Origin: Piromyces finnis finn
Lineage: Eukaryota; Fungi; Neocallimastigomycota
NCBI GenBank assembly: GCA_002104945.1
Contig: MCFH01000088.1
Coordinates: 1 to 64,000 of the forward strand
DNA length: 64,000 nt
Direction: 5' to 3'
Positions 46,206 to 60,798 of this stretch are shown one piece after another. Both the position numbers and the translations under genes were made by a program. The notes below the pieces were generated by a model. That model worked only from the letters and a program-made list of their open reading frames with translations. It was not told the DNA's origin and ran no database searches. Position 1 is the stretch's first letter; every line of letters begins with the position of its first letter.

Positions 46206-47318
46206 ATGTCACTTGATTATCAATTATTTTCTACAACAAAAGGTCATAATAATTGTACGATTTTACATTTAAAATTTTCACCAGATGGTAATCTATTATT
46301 ATCAGTAGCACAGGATTCCTCTATATGCCTATGGGATTGTAGACCTTTAGTATATAATCAACCCATTCAACCTTATTTATCTTTTACGTCACAACAAGGT
46401 TTAATTACTTCAATTGCTTGGTGTTCAATAAACTCTGAATTTATAACTGGTGGAGGGGATGGTTCTATTCAAATATGGAGTATAAAGGATAATAATATTG
46501 AACAAAGTGCAGTATTAAAAGGACATAATGATAGTATTACTTGTATAGCTGCACAAGTTACTAATATATTAACTATTTCATCTGGCTCAAAAGATGGTGA
46601 TGTTAAAGTTTGGTATTCCAATGGGGAATCAAAAACACTTCCTAAAACACATAGAGGTGCAGTTACCTCAATTGACTATTCACCATTTTCCGCAAGAAAT
46701 TTAATAATAACTGGAGGTTATGATGGTAGTATAAATTTGTTTGATATTGATAAAAATCAATGTTTACAATCATGGTTTGAAAATGTTGAAATGACTAGAA
46801 TATACCCACCAATTAGTTGTGTACAATTTTCACCAAATGGAAGATTTATACTTGTATCATCCATGGATAATGTTATAAGACTTTTTGATCTTTCTACTCA
46901 TAAATGCAAACGAATTTATATAGGACATAAGAATCAAGAATATGGTAATAATAGTATAATGTCTGTTATGCATACAATAAATTGTGGAATTATTACAAAA
47001 GGATCAGGGTCAAAAGACCATTGTTATATTGTTAGTGGTTCACAAGATGGAAATATATGGATTTGGAATTTACAAAACAAAAAACCTGTTCAAATAATAC
47101 CATTCTTAACTCAAGAGGAAATGAAAACAGCTCAAGAACAATACTCATTATTAAATGAAGATATTCATGCATGGTGTGTTGATTTTCATCCATTCCTTAA
47201 GTACATAGTTGCAGGAAGTAATTTAGATGGATCAATAAAGTTTTGGAAATCAGAAATATTAATGCATGATGATTCTGATATTTTATCAGATGCATTATTA
47301 GGATTATCGGTTTCTTAA
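46206..47318 (+). CDS. Intronless WD40 beta-propeller protein, WDR5/Swd3-like (divergent)
   Basis: About seven WD repeats. PPISCVQFSPNGRFILVSSMDNVIRLFD...GHKNQEY and IVSGSQDGNIWIWNLQNK parallel WDR5 PPVSFVKFSPNGKYIL...GHKNEKY and IVSGSEDNLVYIWNLQTK. Confidence 0.8.
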   Translation: MSLDYQLFSTTKGHNNCTILHLKFSPDGNLLLSVAQDSSICLWDCRPLVYNQPIQPYLSFTSQQGLITSIAWCSINSEFITGGGDGSIQIWSIKDNNIEQSAVLKGHNDSITCIAAQVTNILTISSGSKDGDVKVWYSNGESKTLPKTHRGAVTSIDYSPFSARNLIITGGYDGSINLFDIDKNQCLQSWFENVEMTRIYPPISCVQFSPNGRFILVSSMDNVIRLFDLSTHKCKRIYIGHKNQEYGNNSIMSVMHTINCGIITKGSGSKDHCYIVSGSQDGNIWIWNLQNKKPVQIIPFLTQEEMKTAQEQYSLLNEDIHAWCVDFHPFLKYIVAGSNLDGSIKFWKSEILMHDDSDILSDALLGLSVS

Positions 47319-48436
47319 ATTAAAAAAGACAAAAAAAATAGTAATAAAGTTTTTCTTAATGTAATTTTATTAATTTTATTACTTTTGAAAAAATAACAAA
47401 TATAGATATAAATAGTGAATATAAGTCTTGATAATAGTATTAAAATGAACTTTTTTTATTAGAATTTATTTATTAAATTAAAACAGACTACTAAAGTTAT
47501 AAATATTGTAAATGAAATATATAGTATATAGTAAAAAATCAATAATAATTCAATGAATAATATTTTTGTATATCTATTATAAATACTAAATATACTAAAT
47601 ATTTAGTATTCTAATTCATTCCCTATATAACTTTTAACTTTTTAAATAAAATAAAATGTGCAAATATATCAAAAGTTTTCTTTCTTATAACCAACATAAA
47701 GTTAAAACTATCTTTTTTTTTTTGTGAAACATTCAAAATTAATATAAATTAAACTTTTCAAAATTTTAATTGTTAATTATTAATAATTTCAATTTTAAAA
47801 CATTTTGTATACATTTAAAGATTTTTTTTTTTATAAAAATAAAATAAGGTGTTTTTTTCAAAGTTAAAACATAGAAAATAGCTAATCCTAATACTTATTT
47901 CTTAATTATAAAATAAATGAAAAAGAGCTAGCTAATTTTTTTTATTTTTAACCAAGATAATGATATATAAATAAATATATTTACATTTTAAATTTTAATT
48001 AAATATTATAAATGTTCTATTTTGTATAATGCATTATCTGATTAATAATTTGTTATTTACTAATTACTATGTAATTAATGATTATTATTATTATACTATA
48101 ATTAATTACTAGACTTTAAAGTCCTATATTCAAATAACAATAATAAAAAGATTTATTCATATAATTAAATGGTTATTTAATTATATTTTATTGTGATGTA
48201 GTCTTAAATTTTTATTTATTTATTTACTTATTTATTCATTCATTTACTTATTTATTTATTTAATAAAAATTTAATAAAAATTTACTATAAAACTTTTAAT
48301 TTCAATTTATTTATTTATTTATATTTTTAAAAAAAAATAAAAAAAAGTGAATAATAATAATAATAAATTAAAAGTTATCGAATTAAAAGAAATTTATAAT
48401 TTAAATATATATATATAAATATTATAAATATTACGA

Positions 48437-50093
48437 ATGGGTTTGTGTAAATGTAGAACTGTTACAAGTTTGTAAGTTTAATTTAGTAGATATATTTTAA
48501 TTTAATAAATAAATATTCCTTTTAACAATTAGTATATAAATAATAATAAATATATAATCCTTCCTTTCTTTTTTTTATTTTTATTTTTTATTTTTATTTT
48601 ATATCAATAATAAAGATTCTGTTTTGACCATAGAAAGAATGTTTGTGAAAAATGTATTATAACAGATCATCCACAAGTAATGTTAATGTTACGAATTAAT
48701 TCATAATAAAATTGAGTGAAACATAGCCTCGAATTCTAATATAAATAATTTATTTGATTATTCATTTATAATTTATGGCTTTCAACCAAATAGTGTATTG
48801 TAAATTCATATTTACAATGGCTTCAAGATAGTGACTTTAAAAGTGAATGTGCAATTTGTAAATCTTCTTTAAAAGAAGGAGAATTAATTCGTTTATGTTG
48901 TCTTGGTAATTAAAAGAAAATGTACCAATAATAACAAATTTAAATTAAATAGAAAAGAGAGAAATACTAATTTAAATGAAATTGTTTTATTAAAGATTTA
49001 TTCCATCTTGAATGTATTAATGCTAAATGCAACATGCTCCCAGAAAATACACCTATGAGTAAGTAAAATAATAATTTTTAAATTCAAATTTTTATATAAG
49101 GGTATTAAAATAATTTGAAATTTATAATAAATTTTTAAAGACAAATATACTTGTCCAACATGCAAGGTACTTTAATATTTTAAAATAAGAGAAAAAATTA
49201 CAGTATTTTTTTAGTAGAAATAAAAATATTCATTCATATACATTTATAATAATAATAATATTTATAGAAACAAATTATACCATCTGAAAATGTAACATCA
49301 CCATTAGCTTCGATTATTAGAGTAAAATTAGCTGATTCAAAATGGGCAAAGCCATTTTTACCAAAGAAACCAGTATTTATCCATTTATATATAATTATAT
49401 AATATAATTATTAAATAATTCATAATAACTTAATCTCTTAAACTTTTTTTAAAGGTAAATAATGAAAATTCAGATAATATTCCAATTATGGACATTAATT
49501 TATCAAATATTCAAAATGCTACTTTTACTGTGAATACATATGACAATACAGGTAGTTAAAAAATATCTACAAGAATAAAATATTATCAAAAAATAATTAA
49601 ATGTTTAATTATTATATATCTTATTAAATTAAGATGTTTTACCATCTCATGGACCAACAAAGCCACAAATTTTTGGTATTAGGTAATGTTTTTATCTTCT
49701 AATGATAATTTATGGATATTAAAAAATAAAAAAAAAAAAAAAAGGAAAATAATTAATTTGAAAAATGTATAATATAATGCAATACAGAGATGGGGATGAA
49801 GATAAATATGGTACAAAGAAAAATGAAACCAATTTATTAAAAGAATTTTTAAGGTATAAATCTTAAATTTCATAAATGATTATAAAATAATTTTCTTATA
49901 AGCCATAATTATAATTTTAATTTTTTTTAAAAACCAATTCTTATAATATAGTTCAATAAATCACCATCAAAGATTCTACAAAAAGAAAATATTATATGGA
50001 TTAATAGTTTTTGCAGTAATATTTACTATTTTATCAATAATTTCACATATGATACCAAAAACAGCCGATAAGGATATGAATGATAAAATATAA
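48437..50093 (+). CDS. ZFPL1: Zinc finger protein-like 1 (B-box/RING, C-terminal transmembrane helix), multi-exon
   Basis: MGLCKCRTVTSL|FCFDHRKNVCEKC...|CIVNSYLQWLQDSDF...|DLFHLEC...|YTCPTC...RDGDEDKY, with hydrophobic C-terminal ILYGLIVFAVIFTILSII. Confidence 0.93.
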
Positions 50094-50484
50094 TCAAGTT
50101 CATTGAATTACTGGATGAAAATTAAATGTATTTAAAAAATATTCTGCCAAGTATATATATAACATATATTACAACACTATAAATATTTATTCTTGTTATA
50201 TACTATGTTAGTTAATTAGAAATACAAGAAAAAATAATAAATAAATAAATTATCTATGGCACTCTTAAATAAACTTTCATTAAAATAAAATAACAAACCT
50301 CATACAAATACTGTTAAGCATAATAACTTTCAATATATGTATAACAAAAGAAAGAAAAAAAAATTACATTAATTTTTTTTTTCTTTTCAATTAAATATTA
50401 TATTTATCAAAAAATAAATAAATAAATAAAAAAATAACTGATAATGGCAAATAATTGTAAAGAATTTTTATGAAACGAAAGTAA

Positions 50485-50527
<43 letters not shown>

Positions 50528-50849
50528 GTAAATAAATAAAACTAAAGATTATTAAAGCTGTAAAAATATTGTAAAATACTTTTTTTTTTTTTATTTATAT
50601 AATGGTAATTATTAAATGTTATACTAATATTGAATTAACAATATATATAATTTTATAAAGAAATATATATATATTCATGATAAGTAATTAAAGAGTTTAT
50701 TATAATTTAGATATTAACATTTAATACTTGATGCAGTTATTATTACTTTATGATGATTATAAAGATTTTTATGCATTATTGGAATTTTGTCTATTATGAT
50801 AAATCTTTTATAGTAAAGAAAATTTTAATATTAATAATTTATAAAATAT

Positions 50850-51489
50850 TTATATTCTAAGAATTTTAATAGAATTATATATATTTAACATTACTTGATT
50901 AACTACAGCATAATTTATTCTACTTGAAGTAATGTTATTACTAGTTGACATCATATCTTCCATAGCCGAAAAAATTAATGATGATGAATACATCATTGAA
51001 TTAATATTTGGATTTACTGAACCTTCAGGCTAATAGATTAAAAAATATTAATAAATTATATTTTAATTTTAGCATAAAAAAAAGAAAGTGAAAAAAAATG
51101 GATTAAAATAATTATCTATATATATAAAAAAATATTCTTTCGTACATCTTTTCCTTTATTCATATGATATATCATTTGTGAAGATAACATTGGATATTTC
51201 TTGAATTTTGAATTATTTATATAGGAAGAATATTCCAAACCACCAGTTTCTTTATTTGGAATCCAAGTATCATAATGATCTCTAAAGTCAAGAAAAGATA
51301 ATTCCATTTTACCTTCATTTGAATATTTATTTTCTTTAGGATTCTTTTTTCCCTCTTCGTCATCATCATTACTGTCTTTTTTATTATTAGATTCCTTTTC
51401 ATTTTTTTCAACATCTTCCTCCATTTCATTATTTACAATAGTTTCTTTTTTAATATTTTCAATATTATAACCATACTAGATGTAATAAT

Positions 51490-51577
<88 letters not shown>

Positions 51578-54430
51578 GTTTTTTTACATCTGGATTTCCG
51601 TGATTCCTAAAGTCAAAAATAGCAAAAGAACAAACATTACCTACAGATGATAAGTTAACGGTAAATTCTTGGAAAAAATTAATTATTCTATGTAGGAATT
51701 TGTTAAGGAATTTATAATACATATTTTGGAGTAAAGTTTCTTAATATTAATATTGTGTTTATGTAAATAAAAGGATATAGCTACAACTTGGTAAAGTAAT
51801 CATTAATATAAATGGTGTTAATATTAATCCATATATATCCCTAATAATTAAAAATATTTTTTTATCGAAATAACTTTCAAATTCTCTTTTCACCTATCGA
51901 AGTGAATTATAGTAGAATATATATATATATTTAATTATACCATTCTGAATAAAATTTATTATAACATTATATGAAGTAAGTACATCATCTGAATAAGCTT
52001 CTTCTCTCCATTTTTTTGGATAATAATGTGTTTCCTGAGCAATATTTTCCATAAGTACTTGTGGGTCATATTCCTTATTATCTTCACTAATTTGACCTTT
52101 AGTAAATGCTAATATGGCTGTAAATATACCAATATAAAATAAAACTGAACATCCCTGAGTAATTTCAAAACTATTAAAGAATTCTTGATCAATTAGAGTT
52201 AAAATTGTTAAAACGGTTACAATTGATCCTGAAATAAAGACAATTAATCTTATTATTTAAAAATGTTTTATTCCATTATTAAATACATATACATATATTA
52301 ATTTTTGTATTTTATAATTTTAATTTTATTACTATTATTTATTTTTTTGATTAATATATTACTTTGAAATAATAGTAAAACGGGAATTTGGAAATTGGTT
52401 CAAATATGTCATAGCACTTTCATAACTACGATTTAATCTTTTTTCAAAGTCATGAGGTAATTCGTTAAATTGTCTAAATTTCCATTGTGCTAATATACTA
52501 TATGATCTTTTCATAATTGAACCAGGTTGATGATAAATTTCCTTTTTTCAATAATAATAAAATTATTAAAAAAAAAAAAGAAAAAAACAGGTGAAATATT
52601 AAATTGATGTAATATTATCCATATTAAATTTTTTAAATATTTCAAATTATATCTACTTCTGAATATCGGAAAAAGGAATAAACAATAGTAAAAATTAATA
52701 AAAAGGGCAAAAGAACTATATTAATAACCCCTATTAATTTGAATCTTTGTGAAAGACTATATATTTTATTTAAAATAAAATAAAAAGAGCAAATTAAATT
52801 TCATACTATTATATATAATATATTTATATTTTCAAATACTATTATATTGTTAATAATATTACCTTTTACTTAATTTTAATCTTCATTATTTTAATGTAAA
52901 AAAAATATATTATTTTAGTAATTATAATCTTTAAAAAAACACAATATTTATATATAAATATATAAAAGAAAACAAACTTTTTATCTCTATCTAAAAAGTA
53001 TTCTTTAACATGTCCATTTCTATCAAAAACAAAATTATCAATACACCATTGAACATTCCATTCCAATATGTTTGTTAATAATTGAGAATTTTCAAAAAAA
53101 GGTATTGAGAATTTAATACACTCTTTATTAATCAGTCCAATAAAATAGTTCTCTTTCCTCATAATGATATTTATTATTTTATGAGCATCTAATTCTTCTA
53201 TTTCTGATTGATCCTCTAATTCTTCCTTTTCTTCATTATATAATTTGATAATTTTCTTAATAACAGCATTCCATGATATAGATTGAATATCTTTCTGAAA
53301 GATTCATATTTTTATTGTTATTTACAAATTTTTATCAAAGAAATAAAAATAAAAATTAGCATGGTTGAATCTTAAATAGCTATATATAAATTCTAATCAT
53401 ACATCTTGTATTTTTAATTTGCAATTGTAAAAATAATAAATTTTTCTTAATCTTAAAAATTCTGAAAAATAATTAATAAATAAATAAAGCCATAATAATA
53501 TAAATCCTGATAAGAAAAATTTAATTTTCCAGCTGAGTCTATTGTACAATTATTTTAATGTGAATATATAAAGAAAAATGTTATAAACATTTATAATGTC
53601 CATTTTATTTGTTATATTTGTTATATTTGGGGGTTTTAAGAAATTATATTTATAAATAAAATCAGGTATATTATATAAAGACAGAAAAGATATAGAAATA
53701 ACAATTAATACTATTTTGTTATACTATAATAAAAAATAAAACTATATAGAAATGCATTAATATTATTTTATTTACTGATAAACACATTGATCCACTAAAA
53801 CTTGTGATAATTGTGAATTTTCATTAATTAATGAATAATCTATACATCCAAATAAAAACACTGAGAAACATATTACAAATGCTATAGTTCTATAGGATAA
53901 TAATAACAATAGGGACGATAACAATAACAATAATAGTAATTATATATATGCGTATGTTATAAATATATATATATTGGATAATTAAAACTTTATATAATTA
54001 CATTAATTGGCAAACCCTTTCTAAAACTATACAAACAAATCCCTTTCTTTTATAGTAATTATATATCTTTTTTAAAAATTAATGTCCCATAATAATAAGA
54101 AATGAAAAAAAATAAATTAATATATATTGAAGCAATATTACTATATTATGTTGGAATTAAAAACTATAAATATTTATATATATATTTTAGTATTAAATAG
54201 ATAATTACTTCTTGATAAAATTCGTCAGATTTATCCTTTAATAAATCTTTTCCTTTAGGTTGTGGTAATAAAAAATCATTTACTATTTTTCTTTGATTAT
54301 GTATTGTATTTTTTACTTTCTTTAAGATATTATCTCTTCCATTTGTTACCCCTTCATTATTATTATAAAGAAGAGTAGTAGGATCGGGTTCTTGAATTAA
54401 TAGTTGATACTCTTCTTGTGACGTTGACAT
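50850..54430 (-). CDS. ATG9: Autophagy lipid scramblase Atg9, multi-exon
   Basis: MRKENYFIGLINK, LTNILEWNVQWC, YLAQWKFRQFNELPHDFEKRLNRSYE, QEFTVNLSSVGNVCSFAIFDF, GKMELSFLDF. The last exon and stop position are uncertain. Confidence 0.92.
51492..51577. repeat. Intronic (AAT)n microsatellite, about 28 units
   Basis: Begins just after the donor that follows ATG9 exon ...NHGNPD. It accounts for the poly-Leu tail of ORF 51465-51722. Confidence 0.93.
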
Positions 54431-54500
54431 TTATCTTATAAAATTAAAAGTTATTTCGCCTCCAATAAAATATCTATATTATCAATATCAACTATTTTTT

Positions 54501-54535
<35 letters not shown>

Positions 54536-55108
54536 CTCTTTAAATTTCAAATGTCAAATTTTGAAATTTTATTAAGTATATCCTCAAATATAATTTATTT
54601 TCTTTAATAATATAAAGTGTTATATTTTATTAAAATAATATATATATAATAGTATTTAAATTATTATAGATATAATTATTTGTTATGTTATATTCTTTGT
54701 TTTTTCTAATGACATTTAAAAACATTTAATTTATAATATTATTAATACCTTTTTATTCATAAGTATAAAGATATAATATATATTTTATAAATATTTATAA
54801 AATGTTTACAATTTTAAATTAATAAAGAATAAAGAATTCTATTTTAAATTCTTTGTAGTTAAATGATATACACGTGTTTATATATGTCATATTTTAATAT
54901 ATATATATTAAATTTTTTATTTTTATTTTATGTATTATCCATCAAATTATAAAATATGAATTTTTTTAATTGTATTTATATATATGTGTAGTATATCTTA
55001 TTAATGATACACATTTCAATAATTAAAAACAATGAAATAAATAAAAGGGATTTTCTATTTATAATATAAGCATTTAATCTTTTATTATATTTTTAATATA
55101 ATCTGTAT

Positions 55109-55145
<37 letters not shown>

Positions 55146-55453
55146 ATCTATAATAAAATATATAATTATGTTGATGTCAATGGATTTTTTTTAAACATAT
55201 ACAAAAATGAACCAAAATAAAATAATAAAAAAAAAATAATAATAATAGAATGAATATTATTTCATAAAAAATAAATAAATATAAATAACAAAATATATAT
55301 ATAAATGTAATTTTTAATTTTGACTACGATTTAATTGTATGATGATTTAATTTTTTTAAAAATTAAGTAAAAATTGAAATATAGCATTTGATAATAATAA
55401 TAAAAAAAAAAAAAAAGAAAGAAAGAAAGAAAGAAAGAAAAATGATGACATTC

Positions 55454-55490
<37 letters not shown>

Positions 55491-55536
55491 CAATAATAGC
55501 TATATAAACAAAAAATCAATCTTTTTTAATAATTTA

Positions 55537-58500
55537 TTAATTTGTACCATACTGGTATTGATCAAAATTGGATATTTGAGAATTTTCATTTGAATTATAG
55601 TTGATATTGTTATTACCGTTAATTCTACTATTTTCATTGCTACTATTATAATAGTTAATATCCCTATAGTACATATCATTAGAATTATAAAACATATTAC
55701 TATTACTATTTTGATTATTCATGTTATTATCACTATTATCATTGGTATTATTGTTGCTGTTATCATTATTGTTACCATTATTATAGTAATAATTATCATT
55801 CAAATAAGCATTTCTATTAGCATTAGGACTAGAATTTATATTATTCATAGAACCAGATGAATCATTATGAATGATATCTCTACCCATTCCATAATCCATG
55901 ATTTGATTATTAGACATACTTGTATTAGAATTATAACTCATGGATAGGTTACTCAAATTCGTTTGTCCTGAATTTTCATTACTTGCTCCATAATTCATAT
56001 AATTATTGGTGTTTTGATGGTTATTAATTGGATCATAATTATTACAGTTGTTATTGGTACTCATAATGTTAATATCTTCATAATTATTGGAACTATTTGT
56101 ATTTGCACGCTTCCCTTGATTAGGTATAAAACTATTACCATTATTATTGCCATTATAAACATCGTTATTCATAAAAGTTGCCATTCCATCCATTGAATTG
56201 TTAGCTTTCCCTATATAATTATTAATGCTTCCATTTGTATTATTAGCATTATTATTGATAGTACTATTATTATAATTCTGGTTGTTATCACTTAATTCAT
56301 TTTCTAATATAGGTTTTTGTTGTTGACCATAGCCATAGTCAATTGTAGAAGAATCATTAGAATAACTAATATTTGAATTGGAATAATTAAAAGCGTAATT
56401 TTGGTTTATATTATTATTATTATTATTATTATTGTTGTTGTTGTTGTTGTTGTTGTTGTTATTAATAGGATTATTATTAGTTGAATTCCTTCTATTTAGA
56501 TTATTATTATTATTTTTATTGGATTTATTACTATTTTTTGTTCTGTTTCGATTATTCTTTCTCTTTTTTGGTTGTTTAGTCAAATTATTCACTTTAGCAT
56601 TATTCATTGAACTTTCGGAAAGTATTGTCACAGAAGGCTCCATATTCCTGATCAAATTAACTTCACTATTATTTATACTGTAGTCATTATCCCCTATAGG
56701 AGTACGAATATCATTTGATAGAATTATATTATCATTTAAATTAATTTCCTGACAATTATTGTTTAATTTCTGAAAATGACGATTAGAAATGTTTATATTA
56801 TCATTATTATTGTTAGTAATATTTCTATCCGTTATATCAAAACTATTGGAATTTAAATGGATATTTGGATCGGCTTGAGTATAGTACATGGTTTCGGCAT
56901 CTAAATTATTTTGTTCTCTATCTATCATAATTATATTTCCATTATTTCCTTCATTATGACTTTCAATATTAATATTTACATTTTCATTATTATTGTTTTC
57001 TTGATCATTATAAAGTAAACTGTTAATATTTCTTTTTCCATTTGCATTTAAATTTTGATTTTGGCTATTTAGTATTATCGGTATACTTCCATTTTCAGCG
57101 TTCTCTTCATTTTGAATCACTTCACTTTGAACAATTATTTCATTTTGATCCTTTTGTTTTAATAAATCGTTATTATCAATAGTTTGTGTGACATCTGATA
57201 AACTTGATCTTATAGACATTTCATTACTTTTAGCACCTGTATTCTTTGGTTGTTTGTTTCTTTTAATATCTTTATTTCCATCTTTTTTATTGTTAGCCTT
57301 TTCCCCATCATTCTTTTTATTTGACTTTGTTCCTCCATTCTTTTTGTTATTTTCTTTCTCACTATCACTTTTCTTTTTTGTTTCAGCATTACGTTTAATT
57401 TTCTCTCCTTTTGTTGGTGTATCAATAATTGTAATAATCTCTTTTTCTTCTCTAGAATGCTTGTCTTTTTCATTCTCGTTAGAAATAACTGTATTCCTAT
57501 TTTCATTAATATTAACCTCAATAATAAAACTATTTGCATTTCCGGGTTTTATTATCGTACCGTCAGGGTGATCATATTTTGATTTTTTATTTTTTTCTTC
57601 TTTATTATTTACTTCATTTCCATTATTAATTAATTTTATCTTTTTAACTGGTTGGTTTACTTCTTCATTATTAGTATCTTCATTGTTTTGTTGACTTTGA
57701 CTTTGGGAATTAGTACTATTTTCATTATTTCCATTATCTTTCTTTTTTCTTTTAATTGCATTTTTGGTGTTAGTAATGATAGTTCGTGGGGTGGGCTCTC
57801 CATCTTTTTTATATGATTTATTTTTATAACCATAATATTCCCTTGATATTTCGGTTGGTGACATTTCCACTGATTTGGGAAATACACTCATCAATTCTTG
57901 ATATACCTTTTTTCTTAAAGTTCCTTCTGTTAATCTCTTAGCTTCTGCACCATTACTTAAACTAATTTATTAGCAACAATGAATAAATTTTTAATAAGAT
58001 ATATTCTAATAAAATATTTAAAATAATAAAAGTCTATTAATAGTATTATATTATTAGTTAAAATATAACATACGCAGATAAATATTGAACATAATGTTGA
58101 TGGATTTGAAGTTTCATAAAATTATACATGGCTGCTCTTATCTCATTCGTCCATACAAATTTATATTTTTCAGGCTCTTCCTTCTCTTGATCATTTTCAG
58201 TATTATTTAATATTTGCTATTCATAATTTTTATACAAATTAATATAAAAATTATCTATGTAATAATATGTATATAATTAATTTACCTTGAGTGCTATTGA
58301 AACTCTTCTTTTAAATAATTGTAAATTTTTCTTTCTTGTAGCTTCAATATCTTCTAATAATGAAGGAAGATATTCATTTAATCTTCTATTAATTAAATTC
58401 TATTAAAAATGTTTAAATCAATATATTATACGTTAATAAATTATAAATTAAATAAGTATATAAATATTTAAAATATAAATTATTTTTTATTGATAATATA

Positions 58501-58889
58501 CTTTGATAGTTTTTGAGTTATATGGAATACAGCTTTGTATGTGATTTCTAAAATTATCATCACATAACTCTAAATCAACAGCTAATTTTACGATGTCCCC
58601 TAATAAACTTTTCATAATAGTAGGAAAAGTTTTTTTCTGGTCCCATGATACTATAAGAAAAAAAAATAATAAATAAATAATAAATGTTAAGAAGTTTTAA
58701 TCTTACCAATAAATCATATTTATTTTTAAAAACTATGCATACAAGTTAATGCTGTTTTTCTATAATTATCTATTAACTCAAGTAATGATGATGGTAATGG
58801 ATACAATAAAGCCTTGATAGAAGTAATATTAAAATAGAAATATATTTATAAGTAAAATAATACATTCATATAATAATTGCTATTACATA

Positions 58890-58983
<94 letters not shown>

Positions 58984-60798
58984 GCTTATGATTTTAAAAA
59001 AAAATAAAATTTACTGTAAATTTTTTCCCTCTTTCTTTTTCGAATGGATCTGAAAATGGTATAGGTTCCAATTCCTTTCCTTTGTTATTATTGTTGGTAT
59101 TATTGGTGTTGTTATCATTGTTATTGGTATTGTTGTTGTTGTTGATATTGTTATTATTATTAGAATTACTTTTAATATTATCATTATCATTGTTATTATT
59201 ATTATTGTTATTGTTACTATTTTTATCGCTATTATTATTTTTACTATTAGCATTATCATTATTTTCACTTTTCTGATTATCTAATTCATTATCCCTTTTA
59301 ACTTTTTTAGTATTTTTATTATCATTCTCAGATGATGATGATTTACTTTTTCTTTTCTTTGTATTTAGATCATCATTACTTTTATCTTCACTTTTTTTCT
59401 TAAAGTTACTATTACTATCCTTCGAACTACCATATTTAAATTAAAAATTATTAAATATATTTAAATTTTTTTCAAAAAAAGAAAAAAAAAATATATTACA
59501 AGAATGATAAAAAAAAAAAAAAAAAGAGGGGGAAGGAATGTATTAATAATTTTTCTTTTTATTGAAATCAATGTAATATTTATGTAATTCATAAAAAATA
59601 ATATAGATCTGACATTTATTAATTACCTTTGTTCTTCTTTTCCTGTACTATTCTTTTTTGATATATTTTGTGATCCATCTTTTTTAATATCTTTTTTCAT
59701 TTCTTTTTTATCATTCTCCTTTTCTTTATCAGATTTATCTTTTTTTTCATCCTTATTTATTCCTTTATGTTGATCATTATCTTTCTTTTTATCATCCTTT
59801 TTATCTTTTACTTTTCCTTCTTTATCTATATTCTTTTCTTTATCTTTATTTTTTTCTTTTTCTTTTTTCTTTTTTTTCTTTTTTTCTTCATCATCAACAC
59901 TATTATCGTTATCTTCAACTACTTTCGATTTTATTTTACTTTTTTCCTTTTTTTCTACTTCACTCCCTTCATTTTCTTCTTCTGATTCATTTTCTTCATC
60001 ATTTTCATTTTCATCTTCATCTTCCTCTTCTTCCTCCTCTTCTTCTTCACTAGTAATTGTATCTGCTGTATCATCCAGTGATATTTTTGGTACATCTTCA
60101 AGAATCTTATCCATTGGGTCAAATTCACCCTTCCACACAAAAAATCCATTGCTTGAATTCTCATTTATTTCATTATTTATAGAATCGTCTAAATCAAAAA
60201 ATTCGCTATCATCAATAAAAGGATCGTATATATCATAAAAATCACCTTTCTTTGAATTTGCTAATATATTTTGTTCAATTCTCTTTAAAATATTATTAAT
60301 AAATTGATATGTATGTTATTTGAAATAAGATGATAAAAGTGTGATTTATATATGAATAATATATTTTTTTAAATAATAATAATAAAAAAATAAAACAAAT
60401 AGAAAAAAAAAAAAAAAGTAGGTGAATATTCAATTATTCATTTAAGATTTTATAATATATTTTGTTTTAAAATTAATTATTGAAATTTCAATTAAATTTC
60501 AATAATTCATATAAACTACATAGAAATATAAATAATTCACTTATTATATTAAACTAAAAATAAGAAAGATATTGCTTACATCAAGATAATTCATCCTATC
60601 ATTGTGTTTATGTTTCTTTTTTTCTCTTTTATTTTCCTGTTTCTTATATAGATTTCTAAATGAGAATATATTTCTTTCAAGATGTTCTTCGTCAATATCA
60701 AATTGAATACGAATTGTTGGTTTTTTCTCTTCTTTTTTATCCTTTGTTTTTTCGTGGGGATTAAAATCCAGTTTTGATGAAAAATCTTTAAAATTCAT
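55537..60798 (-). CDS. Ubinuclein / Hpc2 (HIRA histone chaperone complex subunit) with a long Asn-rich tail
   Basis: HUN/HRD motif GDFYDIYDPFIDDSE...GFFVWKG at about 60110-60250, upstream TIRIQFDI...FSFRNL exon, and a helical middle domain over several exons. The 5' end is uncertain. Confidence 0.8.
58891..58983. repeat. Intronic (ATT)n microsatellite, about 31 units
   Basis: Perfect array inside an intron of the ubinuclein-like gene. Confidence 0.93.
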
